Positions 30,233 through 39,959 of a DNA stretch of 58,120 nucleotides are shown piece after piece. Every line of letters starts with the position of its first letter. Position 1 is the stretch's first letter. This DNA is from an uncultured Pseudomonadota bacterium (GTDB lineage Bacteria > Pseudomonadota > Alphaproteobacteria > Rs-D84). The translations under genes and the position numbers were made by a program. The stretch lies in contig CADBBQ010000008.1 of assembly GCA_902793005.1 (NCBI GenBank), forward strand, positions 1 to 58,120. The letters are read 5' to 3'. The notes beneath the pieces were generated by a model. That model was given only the letters and a program-made list of their open reading frames with translations, made no database searches and was not told the origin of the DNA.

Positions 30233-31069
30233 ATGCTGTTAAGGAAGGTTGCTTTTATTGGAGGCGTTGGCTGTATTGCGCCAATTTTGGCGAATGCGAC
30301 GATGGTTTATACGCCTTCGCGGCCGTGTGGGTGTGTTGCGGGATGTAATGCGACATATAATGCGGGGTCGTGTGGGTGTGTGCAAAATAATTATGCCAAT
30401 AATACAGATTTTCGCAATTTTCAACGCGTTTCGGCACAATCAACACAAGAATCTCTGGATACCGGGCCACGCGATTGGTATTTGGCGGCCAATGTCGCGA
30501 TGAATTTTTGGTCTTGGGAAAATGAATATAATTCCAATTATGGCGGGACGGATTTGTTGTTTAACAAGGATGAATATTCGTTTGAATCTGTGTTTGGTGG
30601 CGCGTTGGCGATTGGAACACGGTTTTCGTCCGGTATTCGTGGGGATGTCGAATTGGGATTCAGTTCGGAATTTTCGGATTCTGATGATTTGGCGGAATAT
30701 AAATTGTCTGTGCCTTATTTGATGGCGAATGCGTATTGGGATTTTGAATCGGGAATGTATTTTGGTGGCGGTTTGGGTGTCGCGCGTCCAACGGTGAATT
30801 TAAGTGGCGCAATGTTTGATGGTGGAAATGCGGAAAAGAAATCTTGGTCGCCCAAGGTTGGATTTGCGCTGGGATACGCAACCGCAATTGCGGATAACAC
30901 ATTTGTCGATTTCAGGTATCGCATATCTTTGATGAAGGGTGCAGATATGTCGCGGACTTTTTTATGGGAGCAAGTTCCGGGCAGTGGCGCAGGTCAATAT
31001 GTTTTACAGGTTGAAAACGATTTGATATTGGAAAATGCGTTGTCTGTTGGTATAAGGTTTAGTTTTTAA
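30233..31069 (+). CDS. Outer-membrane beta-barrel protein (opacity/OmpA-like barrel)
   Basis: Signal peptide, MANAYWDF, YFGGGLG, C-terminal GIRFSF. Confidence 0.8.
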   Translation: MLLRKVAFIGGVGCIAPILANATMVYTPSRPCGCVAGCNATYNAGSCGCVQNNYANNTDFRNFQRVSAQSTQESLDTGPRDWYLAANVAMNFWSWENEYNSNYGGTDLLFNKDEYSFESVFGGALAIGTRFSSGIRGDVELGFSSEFSDSDDLAEYKLSVPYLMANAYWDFESGMYFGGGLGVARPTVNLSGAMFDGGNAEKKSWSPKVGFALGYATAIADNTFVDFRYRISLMKGADMSRTFLWEQVPGSGAGQYVLQVENDLILENALSVGIRFSF

Positions 31070-31089
31070 AATTTAAGTAAAGAGAGAGA

Positions 31090-33936
31090 ATGAAGCGTAG
31101 AACAGGATTTTATTCAGTAATTTTGACCAGCGTTGTTTGTATGCTGGGTGGTTCTGCGTTTGCGGCATCGTCGGTTCGTATGTTGGGAACGGGGGCGAAA
31201 ACTGTGTCGGCGGGCACAGGGGATGCAACAACGGGTGCGTCCGTTGATGGTGGTGCAAAATCTGGGGTTGCCACAACGGCGGTTGCACAGACAACGCGTG
31301 CATCGTCTTTGCGATTTACGCCAAATGCGACAAATAAAACGGTTGCCGCCCAAGGATATTCGGGGTTGGCAACAAATGGTAATGCGCAATCTGCGAATAA
31401 CAATGGTGTTGGAATTACGACATCGCCGTCGGCACGTTTGTCGATTGGAAAATATCTGAATTTATCACATTCCAGTAATGCCGTGACACCGGGGGGAACA
31501 ACCGGCGGTGGTACGGGAACGGGGACCGGTGCAACGGATGAAAATTTGGATGCATTGCGGACTGAATTGGATGCATTACAAAACCAGGTTGACAGATTAA
31601 AAGATGACAAGCAAAACGCTTTGATTGTTGGTGATGGTGAATATATTGATATTGCCGGGCCGGATAATAATGTTATCTCGATTGATATAAATGCATTAAA
31701 AAATGATTTGCAGGCTGCATTGGATACGAAAAAACCGATACTGACCGAAATAGATGATAACTATAAATTGTGGTGGTGTTATGCCAATGCGACAGAGACC
31801 GCGTGCGATGGCGAAAAACGTTCGGTTGTCGATTTAGGCAAGGTTTTGGAAGAATATGATTTGGCCAATGAAAATATTTCTTTAAAAGATGCGTTGGCCG
31901 GTAAACAGGGAATATTAGGCGAGGCCGATAATGGTTTTATCACAATTAATCAACAGGCTGGGACAATCGGATTGAAATTCGACGAGTTAAGGGCCGCGTT
32001 GGGAATTGATAATGCAAAAACATCTGAAATCAGATATACCGATGATGGTAAACTGCAATGGCGGTATATGGATGAATTTGAGCAAAATGGTGATAAAAAA
32101 TGGAATACGGCCGATATTGCGGCGTTGATGCGTCAAAGTTTGGAAAACTATGTCCAGATTCAGGCATTGGAAGATTATGTGCAAAAATCTGAGTTGTCAG
32201 GATTGCAAACTACATTGGTCGCGGATGAAAACGGTTATTTGAAAATCCAAGATAATCAAATCGGTGTAAAGTTTGACGAGTTGCGGGCTGCTTTGAATAT
32301 TCCAACAGAACGCGAAATCGAAATGGAATTTGACGATGATGGCAAAATCCAATGGCGGTATGCGGGGGCCGATGCGTGGCATAAAACAAATAAAAAAGTC
32401 AGTGATTTTGTTGATTTGTCGGGGTATGTTTTGCGGTCTGAATTGGCCGGATTACAAGGCGCGTTGACTGCAAGTGAAAATGGATATTTGGAAATTAATA
32501 ACAATCAAATTGGTATTAAGTTTGATGATTTGAAAACGGCGTTGGATATACCGGGCGCCCAACGTGATATTGAAATGGAAATTACATCGGCGGGACAATT
32601 GCGCTGGCGTTATTTGGATGCGTTCGAGGCCGATGGTACGACAAAGAAATGGACGCCTGTTTCGGAAAATATCAATGATTTGATTGATTCTAAATTGGCG
32701 GGATACGCCAAACTTGACGATTTATCTGGATTGCAATTGACGATGTCAACGGATGAAAATGGATATTTGGAAATCAATGGCGATACGATAAATGTCAAAT
32801 TTGATAAGTTAAAATCTGATTTGAATATTCCGGCGGCCCAACGCGATATTGAAATGGAAATCACATCGGCGGGACAATTACAGTGGCGTTATCTGGATGC
32901 GTTCGAGGCCGATGGGACTACAAAGAAATGGACGCCTGTTTCGGTAAATATCAATGATTTGATTGATGGTAAATTGGCGAACTATGTCAGTAATGAAAGT
33001 TTGACCAATACATTGAACGATTATGTGACCAACAATAATTTGTCGACCACATTGGCGGATTATGCAACCAAGACATATGTCGATAACGGTTTGGCCACGC
33101 GTCAGGTTAAATTGACCGAGGCCGCAAACGGATTTATTGAAATTAAACCTGTGGATGGCGCAGAGACTAATACAATTGGAATCAAGTTTGATGAATTAAA
33201 AACTGCGTTGAATATTCCAGATGCCAAAACATCCGAATTGCGTGTTAATAACGGTGTGCTGCAATGGCGTTATGTTGATGAATTCGAAGATGAACCAGAT
33301 GCGCAAACGGGCGAGCCTGTTAAAAAATGGACTGATGTTTATGATTTAAATGCAAAATTGGGCGATTGGGTCACGAATACAGATTTTAATGCGGCGATAA
33401 ATCGTATAGATTCTGAATTGGCGGGCAAGCAAATAAAATTAACCCCGGCCGATGGTGGATACATTATTTTGGATGAACAAACTGGTGAAATCGCGGTTGA
33501 TATGTCCAGCCTGCGCCAGCAATTATCGATTGATGGGAATAATGCGCGGACATCTGAATTGCGTGTGTTTGACGGTAAATTGCAGTGGCGGTATTTGGAC
33601 GAATTTGAAACTGACGACCAAAATAACCAGGTTGCTGTGTGGCACGTTTTAGATTTGGATACGGTTGAATTGCCGTTATATACCGAAAAATCATATTTAT
33701 GGAAAAATTATTACAATAAAACATATGTTGACAATTTGGCGCGAACAATTGAAAACAATATTAATACGACATTGGAACGTTTGGCGTTGCCGGATGGGCC
33801 GGATGCTGGGTTGTATATGTTAAGTGTCAAAGGCAGTGGTGATAACAAGGTTTCAACGTGGAGTCCGGTGCAAATCGTCGATGCTGACGGTAATGTCCAG
33901 AATTTCGCCCTGGATAGTTCGGACAGCGGAGATTAA
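31090..33936 (+). CDS. Large secreted repeat protein (about six xxLQWRY repeats)
   Basis: Signal peptide; repeated ENGYLEI...IGIKFDEL...GxLQWRY units; near-identical DNA at 32557-32700 and 32836-32979. Confidence 0.85.
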   Translation: MKRRTGFYSVILTSVVCMLGGSAFAASSVRMLGTGAKTVSAGTGDATTGASVDGGAKSGVATTAVAQTTRASSLRFTPNATNKTVAAQGYSGLATNGNAQSANNNGVGITTSPSARLSIGKYLNLSHSSNAVTPGGTTGGGTGTGTGATDENLDALRTELDALQNQVDRLKDDKQNALIVGDGEYIDIAGPDNNVISIDINALKNDLQAALDTKKPILTEIDDNYKLWWCYANATETACDGEKRSVVDLGKVLEEYDLANENISLKDALAGKQGILGEADNGFITINQQAGTIGLKFDELRAALGIDNAKTSEIRYTDDGKLQWRYMDEFEQNGDKKWNTADIAALMRQSLENYVQIQALEDYVQKSELSGLQTTLVADENGYLKIQDNQIGVKFDELRAALNIPTEREIEMEFDDDGKIQWRYAGADAWHKTNKKVSDFVDLSGYVLRSELAGLQGALTASENGYLEINNNQIGIKFDDLKTALDIPGAQRDIEMEITSAGQLRWRYLDAFEADGTTKKWTPVSENINDLIDSKLAGYAKLDDLSGLQLTMSTDENGYLEINGDTINVKFDKLKSDLNIPAAQRDIEMEITSAGQLQWRYLDAFEADGTTKKWTPVSVNINDLIDGKLANYVSNESLTNTLNDYVTNNNLSTTLADYATKTYVDNGLATRQVKLTEAANGFIEIKPVDGAETNTIGIKFDELKTALNIPDAKTSELRVNNGVLQWRYVDEFEDEPDAQTGEPVKKWTDVYDLNAKLGDWVTNTDFNAAINRIDSELAGKQIKLTPADGGYIILDEQTGEIAVDMSSLRQQLSIDGNNARTSELRVFDGKLQWRYLDEFETDDQNNQVAVWHVLDLDTVELPLYTEKSYLWKNYYNKTYVDNLARTIENNINTTLERLALPDGPDAGLYMLSVKGSGDNKVSTWSPVQIVDADGNVQNFALDSSDSGD

Positions 33937-33962
33937 TCAATCAATATTTTATTGGTTTTGGT

Positions 33963-34164
33963 AAAAAAAATATCGCCGTTGCCGGCGGTATTTTCGAATG
34001 CCCAGAAAGGAAGGAAAGGAGAAAAAGAAACGGGCATTCTAAACTGAATAAAAAGGGCGGGGTCCAAGGTCCAGAGGAGAGAGAATGTAGGAGGGAGTCT
34101 GAACCCTCGGGCCCCTGACGATTGTTTTCACAATCGTTATCAAATGGATTAATCCCTTTGACGA
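33963..34164 (-). ncRNA. Candidate sRNA with C/U-rich loops
   Basis: TTGACA(34198-34193)-N17-TACATT(34175-34170) promoter, four stem-loops, terminator ATACCGCCG-GCAA-CGGCGATAT followed by a U-tract. Confidence 0.7.
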
Positions 34165-34334
34165 ATCGTAATGTAATACATTTTATTTGGTTTGTCAAGT
34201 AATTTTGTCAAAAAAATTTTTCGTATATTTTTTACGCCGGAAATCCTGGGAAAACGTCCGGGTTGAGGGTGTGCTGTCCCTGTTGTAAAATTATATAAAA
34301 AGCATATGGGTTTATGTATTACGGGGGGATTGTT

Positions 34335-34562
34335 ATGACACACGAAGAAGTATGGAATGCGATTGAAAAATTTGCGGTTGAACACGGGATGTCTTGTTCG
34401 GGTCTGGCGCGGTGTGGTGGATTGGACGCGACGACATTTAACCGCAGTAAACGTTGGTCCAAATGTGGCCAGCCGCGTTGGCCGTCCAGCAACAGTATCG
34501 CCAAAATTTTAAGTGCAACCGGCACCGATTTGCACGATTTTACGAAACATATGGAACATTAA
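34335..34562 (+). CDS. HTH regulator (N-terminal domain of the alphaproteobacterial HTH-S24 family, no peptidase domain)
   Basis: SGLARxGGLDATTFNRSKR...RWPSxxSIAKIL. Confidence 0.85.
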   Translation: MTHEEVWNAIEKFAVEHGMSCSGLARCGGLDATTFNRSKRWSKCGQPRWPSSNSIAKILSATGTDLHDFTKHMEH

Positions 34563-34584
34563 AAAACGGGCGTCGCCCGTTTTC

Positions 34585-34618
34585 TAGTGTTCAGAGTTCA
34601 GTGTTCAGAGTTCAGTTG
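34585..34618 (+). repeat. Heptamer array after terminator 34563-34583
   Basis: tagtgttcagagttcagtgttcagagttcagttg. Confidence 0.8.
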
Positions 34619-34720
34619 TTGTATAATGATTGTTGTTTCTGGACATTCATTGTTTTTTATCGTGTTAGCGAACAATATGTCAACGATTCAGACAGGTGTC
34701 GTTCGTTATCACGGAAATTT

Positions 34721-35542
34721 TTATATTGCGACGATGAATATTTTTGCGCGGTTTGCCGCCGCAATCACCGCCGGTTTATCAATTACAAAGCACGTTTTTG
34801 CATTAACCACGATTCCGCGTAATTTTGCCGCAGCAACGGCGCGCACCGTGTCAACACCGATTGCTGGGATGTCGATGCGTAAATCTTGGCCGGGTTTTGT
34901 CATTTTTGCAAATACCCCCGATGCCGCCCCACGTTTTGATTTTCGCATTTCAACCACACGTTCCAGCATACGGGCCGTGCCCTCGGCGGCCTCGACTGCG
35001 AAAACTTGTTTATCGACGACGACCGATGCGCCGATATCTTGGGTTCCGATTATGTGAGAAACCTCGATTGCGCGGTCAATATTTTTTTTATCCGCCGTTG
35101 TTGGTTTGGTTTTTGTTTTGATGCCCGGCGTTTCAAAAGTCAATTCCGGTGCCACATCTTGGGCCGCGACAATTTCATAACCACGTTTTTCCAATGCTTT
35201 GTTAAATGCAACCGCCATAGAATCATACCCCCGTTGATGTTTTAATACCGATAATAATACAGATAACGACCATAAATCCGGCCGAATATCAGACAAATTT
35301 ATATGTCCCAATGCGCCGACAAATGTCAATTTGCGAATACCGCGCCGTTTGCACTCGCGTGCCGCACGACCCGCGCCGCCCAGGCGAATTACCAAATCAG
35401 GATTTAATTTTTCGTCATAAAAATTTTTCAGGCCAACAACATACACATCCCATCCCGCGCGTCGCAACGCATCGCGTGTTAATGCCGGCAACGACAGGGC
35501 GCCTGCGAATAAAGCAATTTTTTTATCTGAATTTGTTTTCAT
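34721..35542 (-). CDS. lpxI: UDP-2,3-diacylglucosamine diphosphatase LpxI
   Basis: DIGxSVVV, AVEAAEGT, KPGQDLRIDIPAIG. Confidence 0.92.
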   Translation of the reverse strand: MKTNSDKKIALFAGALSLPALTRDALRRAGWDVYVVGLKNFYDEKLNPDLVIRLGGAGRAARECKRRGIRKLTFVGALGHINLSDIRPDLWSLSVLLSVLKHQRGYDSMAVAFNKALEKRGYEIVAAQDVAPELTFETPGIKTKTKPTTADKKNIDRAIEVSHIIGTQDIGASVVVDKQVFAVEAAEGTARMLERVVEMRKSKRGAASGVFAKMTKPGQDLRIDIPAIGVDTVRAVAAAKLRGIVVNAKTCFVIDKPAVIAAANRAKIFIVAI

Positions 35543-35618
35543 AATTTATATGATATGCAGAAAACAACTTGGAATCAACCAAAATTATGATACAGTTGAT
35601 TTGTAAAAAGGTTAAATT

Positions 35619-36545
35619 ATGACAAAATGTCCGTTTTTTGGATTGTGTGGTGGGTGCAAGTATGATTTTACGGCACCTGAATACAGAACGCAAAAATTAT
35701 GCGATTTGCCGCGTGATGTGGTGGATGCGCCGGTGTGGGGAGCGGTGGGCGCGCGGCGACGGGCGGATTTTGTGGCGCGGCCCGGGCATTTTGGGTTTTA
35801 TAAGTCTGGCTCGCACGATATTGTTGATATTCAAAATTGTCCGAATATGTTGGCGGATATAAATGCGATTTTGCCGTCATTGGCATCGTTGCCGTGGCGT
35901 GGTGAATCATCGGTATTGGTGACACGGTGCGACAATGGAATTGTTGTAAATGTGTCGTCCGATGTGCCGTATACCGGCCCAGATATGCGGACGGCGGTGC
36001 AAAAATTACCGGCGGGGATAATTCGGTTTACTTGGAACGGTGTGGCGTTGCGGGAATATATTGTGCCGGAAATATCGTTTGGTGATACGACGGTGCCGTT
36101 TTTGGATTCTGGATTTTTACAGCCGACAACCGAGACCGAGGCCGGATTGCGTCAAATGGTTGTGGATGCGGCGACGGGCGCGACGCGGGTTGCAGATTTG
36201 TTTTGCGGGATGGGGAACTTTACATTTGCGACAGGTGCCGATGGATTTGATATTGTTGGGGTTGGCACTCGGCGCGATTTGTTCAAACGGCCTTTATCGG
36301 CGCGACAGTTGAATTTGTATGATGTTGTGATTATGGACCCGCCGCGTGCCGGTGCATTTGCACAAACCAAAGAATTGGCCAAGTCAAATGTTCGACGTGT
36401 GATATATGTGTCTTGCAATCCGGCGACGTGGTCGCGGGACAGGGCGGTATTGGTGCGTGCGGGATATAAAATGACGAAATGCGTCCCGGTTGACCAATTT
36501 GTCGGCACCGCACATTGGGAAATATTTTCCGTGTTTGATAAATAG
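35619..36545 (+). CDS. RlmD/TrmA-like RNA m5U methyltransferase (shortened)
   Basis: CPFFGLCGGC, DLFCGMGNF, DPPRAG, YVSCNP. Confidence 0.85.
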   Translation: MTKCPFFGLCGGCKYDFTAPEYRTQKLCDLPRDVVDAPVWGAVGARRRADFVARPGHFGFYKSGSHDIVDIQNCPNMLADINAILPSLASLPWRGESSVLVTRCDNGIVVNVSSDVPYTGPDMRTAVQKLPAGIIRFTWNGVALREYIVPEISFGDTTVPFLDSGFLQPTTETEAGLRQMVVDAATGATRVADLFCGMGNFTFATGADGFDIVGVGTRRDLFKRPLSARQLNLYDVVIMDPPRAGAFAQTKELAKSNVRRVIYVSCNPATWSRDRAVLVRAGYKMTKCVPVDQFVGTAHWEIFSVFDK

Positions 36546-36547
36546 GA

Positions 36548-37015
36548 TTAGGCCACCTGGAATCCCCATTTGTTTTCGGTCAGTTGCAACATTATTTCGT
36601 GATTTTTTGCATCGTTTTGGACGTTCATTTCGTTGATGACCGCGACGATTTCGGCACGTTTTTTACTGATAATTTCGTTTGCATATGCACGGAACAATGC
36701 CTCGTACGGAGTGTCGGCATTGGTTTCGCCCTTTTCTATGCGTGCAACAGTTTGGTCAGAAACATTAAAAATCTGGGCCAACATTGATTGGGTTAATTTC
36801 ATTTCTTTGCGCAAGAATTTAAATTCTTGGGGCAATAACCGCATTGGTTTGTTTATAAGTGTTTCCGCGATTGTTTTGTGCAGATTATCCACGTTTTGTA
36901 TAGATACTGCATCACCGTAATCGGTGTGTGATATCGTGTATCCGTTCATCAGGTATATATTTTGTAATCCGCATAAAGTATAGTGATATTTTTTTTTCAT
37001 TAGTATATTTTCCAC
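36548..37015 (-). CDS. XRE/HTH antitoxin-like protein (MqsA/HigA-like)
   Basis: YHYTLCGLQNIYLMNG, EFKFLRKEMKLTQ HTH. Confidence 0.8.
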   Translation of the reverse strand: MENILMKKKYHYTLCGLQNIYLMNGYTISHTDYGDAVSIQNVDNLHKTIAETLINKPMRLLPQEFKFLRKEMKLTQSMLAQIFNVSDQTVARIEKGETNADTPYEALFRAYANEIISKKRAEIVAVINEMNVQNDAKNHEIMLQLTENKWGFQVA

Positions 37016-37335
37016 ATTATTGTTATTACCAGTAATTTTTCATTGTTTATTATGATTGTTATTGCGGCGGCTGTCCTGGTATCGACAACACGTGCAATTT
37101 TGTATTTATATTCTTGTGTTTCAGCATTGTATTCGGGTTCGTCATCAACATACCCGTTTCGTAACAATTCCAACAAATCACGCATAGAAAAATCGCGTTC
37201 TTGCATTCGCTCAATTGTATGGTCCGTGATGGCGACGTTACCAGAATCCATTGCAATTTCGCGTATTTTATTCGTGGCGTCTGTCGGTGACAACGGTTTT
37301 TGAAACTTTATAACTTTTGTTTTCATATCTATCAT
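37000..37335 (-). CDS. DUF4258-like putative toxin
   Basis: TDHTIERMQERDFS...LVITIM; overlaps the downstream HTH gene. Confidence 0.75.
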   Translation of the reverse strand: MIDMKTKVIKFQKPLSPTDATNKIREIAMDSGNVAITDHTIERMQERDFSMRDLLELLRNGYVDDEPEYNAETQEYKYKIARVVDTRTAAAITIIINNEKLLVITIMWKIY

Positions 37336-37426
37336 TATGATAGGTTGTTTTTAGACAAAAGTCAAGTAAAAAAATCCCCCGGATGGGGGATGGGAAAATA
37401 ACATATTTTGCTTGTTTTTTTATGGA

Positions 37427-38716
37427 TTACAGGTCTGCGTTCAAGCCATCTGTTTCCATATTTGTCCATTCATAGACTGGGGTGCTACCGTTCATAACCA
37501 TGGTCAGAACGCACGGACTACCTACTTTGCAGTTGGATGACCCGTCGCCACCCCTTGTGTTGATTTCGGATAGTCCGGCATTCATTGCTTTGTCGTAATC
37601 TAAGATTCCTTTGGCTGCAGCAACTTGACCGTTGGTTTGGGTGACTTGTACCACTGCTTGGCCATTACCGGTGTTTTGGGCTGCTGTCAAATCCAAACCC
37701 TCAACAGTGGTTGCGTTATCATCGGCTTTCTTTTCCAATTTACCCAAGGCAACATTTAAAGTATCTGTTGCTGCCAGGTTCCTGTCGGCTCCTGTTGCTG
37801 ATGATATCGTGTAGCCTGTGATTGCACCCATTTTATTGGTTGTGATTGCTGCGTTGTCTGCAACACCAGCATTTGTGATTTGACCTTCGGTTACTGCAAT
37901 TATACCGTCTGTTTCTGTGACCGCTACAACGGGACGTCCATCAACGTGATCGCCTGAGGCAATTGTGTAGTCCAACGCACTGGTTCCAGCACCGACGGCG
38001 GCTGTGATACGGCTTTCAACTGCACTTAATGTTGGGACATATTTATCTTCTTCTCCTCTTTTTGCTGCTTTGGCAAGTGCTTTTTCGGCCTCGGTCTCGC
38101 CCGCTTCGCTTGCCTCGTTCCACGCCTTTGTTGAATCTCCTTGTTTTACGATAAAGTCTGTTTTTGGCATTGTGACACTGCTGTCTGCGATTTTATCAGT
38201 CGTCACCGCACCATTTTTAATCTTGTTCGTCTCAACCGCATCAGTTGCTAGTTTGGCGGCTGTTACTGCGCTATCGGCTATTTTACCTTCGGCGACTGCA
38301 CCATTGGTGATATCGTTTGTGTTAACGGTTCCACTGGTGACCGCAACTTGACCGTCAGTTTGGGTTACGGTTTTAATAACCCCGGTTTGTTCCTCGGCGG
38401 TTAAATCCAATGCATTAATCGCATCAGTTGCACCAGACGTAATTGCGCTTGCGACAGCACCAGAAGTAACCAGATTAGTAGAATTTGCAGTTACGGTAGA
38501 ATCAATTCCTGTATAGTCGACTGTTCCGGCGGTTGATGTTGCGGTAACAACTTTACCCGCCGTGGCGCCACCGCCCAAGTTATCTTGTTTCGTGTTATCA
38601 CGTGCGTCGACGTATGCCTTGGACGCGATGATTGTTGCGTCGGTTGCTGCGTATGCGCCGCCCATCCCCAATATGGATGCCATTACGCCGCAAAAGGCCA
38701 GGTTTCTGATTTTCAT
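37427..38716 (-). CDS. Secreted fibre/adhesin-like protein
   Basis: Signal peptide, IASKAYVD...KQD, (GAVTxxKIAD) repeats, VxQTDG repeats, C-terminal C-x4-PCVLT...W. Confidence 0.85.
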   Translation of the reverse strand: MKIRNLAFCGVMASILGMGGAYAATDATIIASKAYVDARDNTKQDNLGGGATAGKVVTATSTAGTVDYTGIDSTVTANSTNLVTSGAVASAITSGATDAINALDLTAEEQTGVIKTVTQTDGQVAVTSGTVNTNDITNGAVAEGKIADSAVTAAKLATDAVETNKIKNGAVTTDKIADSSVTMPKTDFIVKQGDSTKAWNEASEAGETEAEKALAKAAKRGEEDKYVPTLSAVESRITAAVGAGTSALDYTIASGDHVDGRPVVAVTETDGIIAVTEGQITNAGVADNAAITTNKMGAITGYTISSATGADRNLAATDTLNVALGKLEKKADDNATTVEGLDLTAAQNTGNGQAVVQVTQTNGQVAAAKGILDYDKAMNAGLSEINTRGGDGSSNCKVGSPCVLTMVMNGSTPVYEWTNMETDGLNADL

Positions 38717-39062
38717 GTTATTTTCCCTTTGTTTTTGTTTGTTTGTTTGTATTGTTGTGGGGGGTGGACGGTGCGTTCGCACCGACAAATTGCCTTTATG
38801 CAGATTGTCCCTTCCCACATTTGTTATACATATTATATCACATTTTTTGTATAGACGCAAATCGCAGAATAATTTTTTTGTTAAATTTTTTGTTGTCTGG
38901 TGCGTGGCGCGAAAATTTTGCGCGCGCGCCGGAATTTCGCGCGTTTGCGCGTGGTTGTTGGGTGGCGGGATTTTATGTTTTTAAAAAAATCAAGTGATTT
39001 TTTTTCGCATTTTGTATTGGCATCCGTCTGTGCATCCGCACAGCCGCGATTGTGTCCGTCTG

Positions 39063-39321
39063 TTTGCCAAACCCGACAAAACGCAAACGCGTTTTGTCAT
39101 CCTGAGCGAAGTCGAAAGCGGTCGTTAGACCGCGGGGATCTGGGGTTTGGCAAGGACAAATAAGTTGGCGCGGCGGCGCCAGGGCATCAAATATGCCTGG
39201 ATCCGCGCTCGCGAAACGCTCGCTTTCGACTGCGTTCGATTACTTATGGGGCATAAGCCCCAACATAATCTCACTCCGCTCAGGATGACAAAAGCCAGTG
39301 GCTTTTGTCCGGTTTGGCAAA
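39063..39321. repeat. REP-like nested-hairpin element A, copy downstream of the GIY-YIG gene
   Basis: Outer TIR tttgccaaacc/ggtttggcaaa; core GTCATCCTGAGC/GCTCAGGATGAC. Confidence 0.9.
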
Positions 39322-39329
39322 TAGAAAAT

Positions 39330-39632
39330 TCAAATCACCGGTATATCAATCCAATCTGGATTCATTGATTCTATTAAATATTTCTTTTTATCTCTGGTCC
39401 ATCGTTTCAACTGTTTTTCACGCGCAATCGCCACATTGATATATTGATAAATCTCGATATAAACCAATGTGTGTACGTTATATCGTGCGGTAAAACTGTT
39501 TTTGATTATGTTGTTTTTATGTTCCCAAACACGGCGCACGATATTATCCGTCACCCCGATATACAACACACCATCAGGTTTGGATGCCATAATATAAACA
39601 TAATATTTATGTTGAACAAAATCAGATTTCAT
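39330..39632 (-). CDS. Small GIY-YIG nuclease
   Basis: YYVYIM...LYIGVT, RRVWEHK, AIAREKQLKRW, NPDW. Confidence 0.92.
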   Translation of the reverse strand: MKSDFVQHKYYVYIMASKPDGVLYIGVTDNIVRRVWEHKNNIIKNSFTARYNVHTLVYIEIYQYINVAIAREKQLKRWTRDKKKYLIESMNPDWIDIPVI

Positions 39633-39695
39633 AATTATCAGGTTAAAACACACAAACAAAAACGCAATGTATTTTTGTTATGGTGTGTTCGTCTG

Positions 39696-39959
39696 TTTGC
39701 CAAACCCGACAAAACGCGTTTGCGTTTTGTCATCCTGAGCGAAGTCGAAAGTCAGACGCGATAGCGGATGACGCGGATCTGGGGTTTGGCAAAGGCAAAC
39801 AAGTTGGCGCGGATGCGCCAAAGCATCAAATATGCCTGGATCCGCGCTCGCGAAACGCTCGCTTTCGACTGCGTTCGATTACTTATGGGGCACAAGCCCC
39901 AACATAATCTCACTCCGCTCAGGATGACAAAAAAACGCAGATGCGTTTTTTCTGTTTGG
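39696..39959. repeat. REP-like nested-hairpin element A, copy upstream of the GIY-YIG gene
   Basis: Direct repeat of 39063-39321. Confidence 0.9.

Noticed and set aside
33941-34198. 85-aa minus-strand ORF
   Set aside because: Its TTG start is the -35 box itself and it runs through the terminator; an ncRNA reading fits better.
39063-39959. CRISPR array or IS element
   Set aside because: No short repeat-spacer periodicity, no cas genes and no transposase; no target-site duplication seen.
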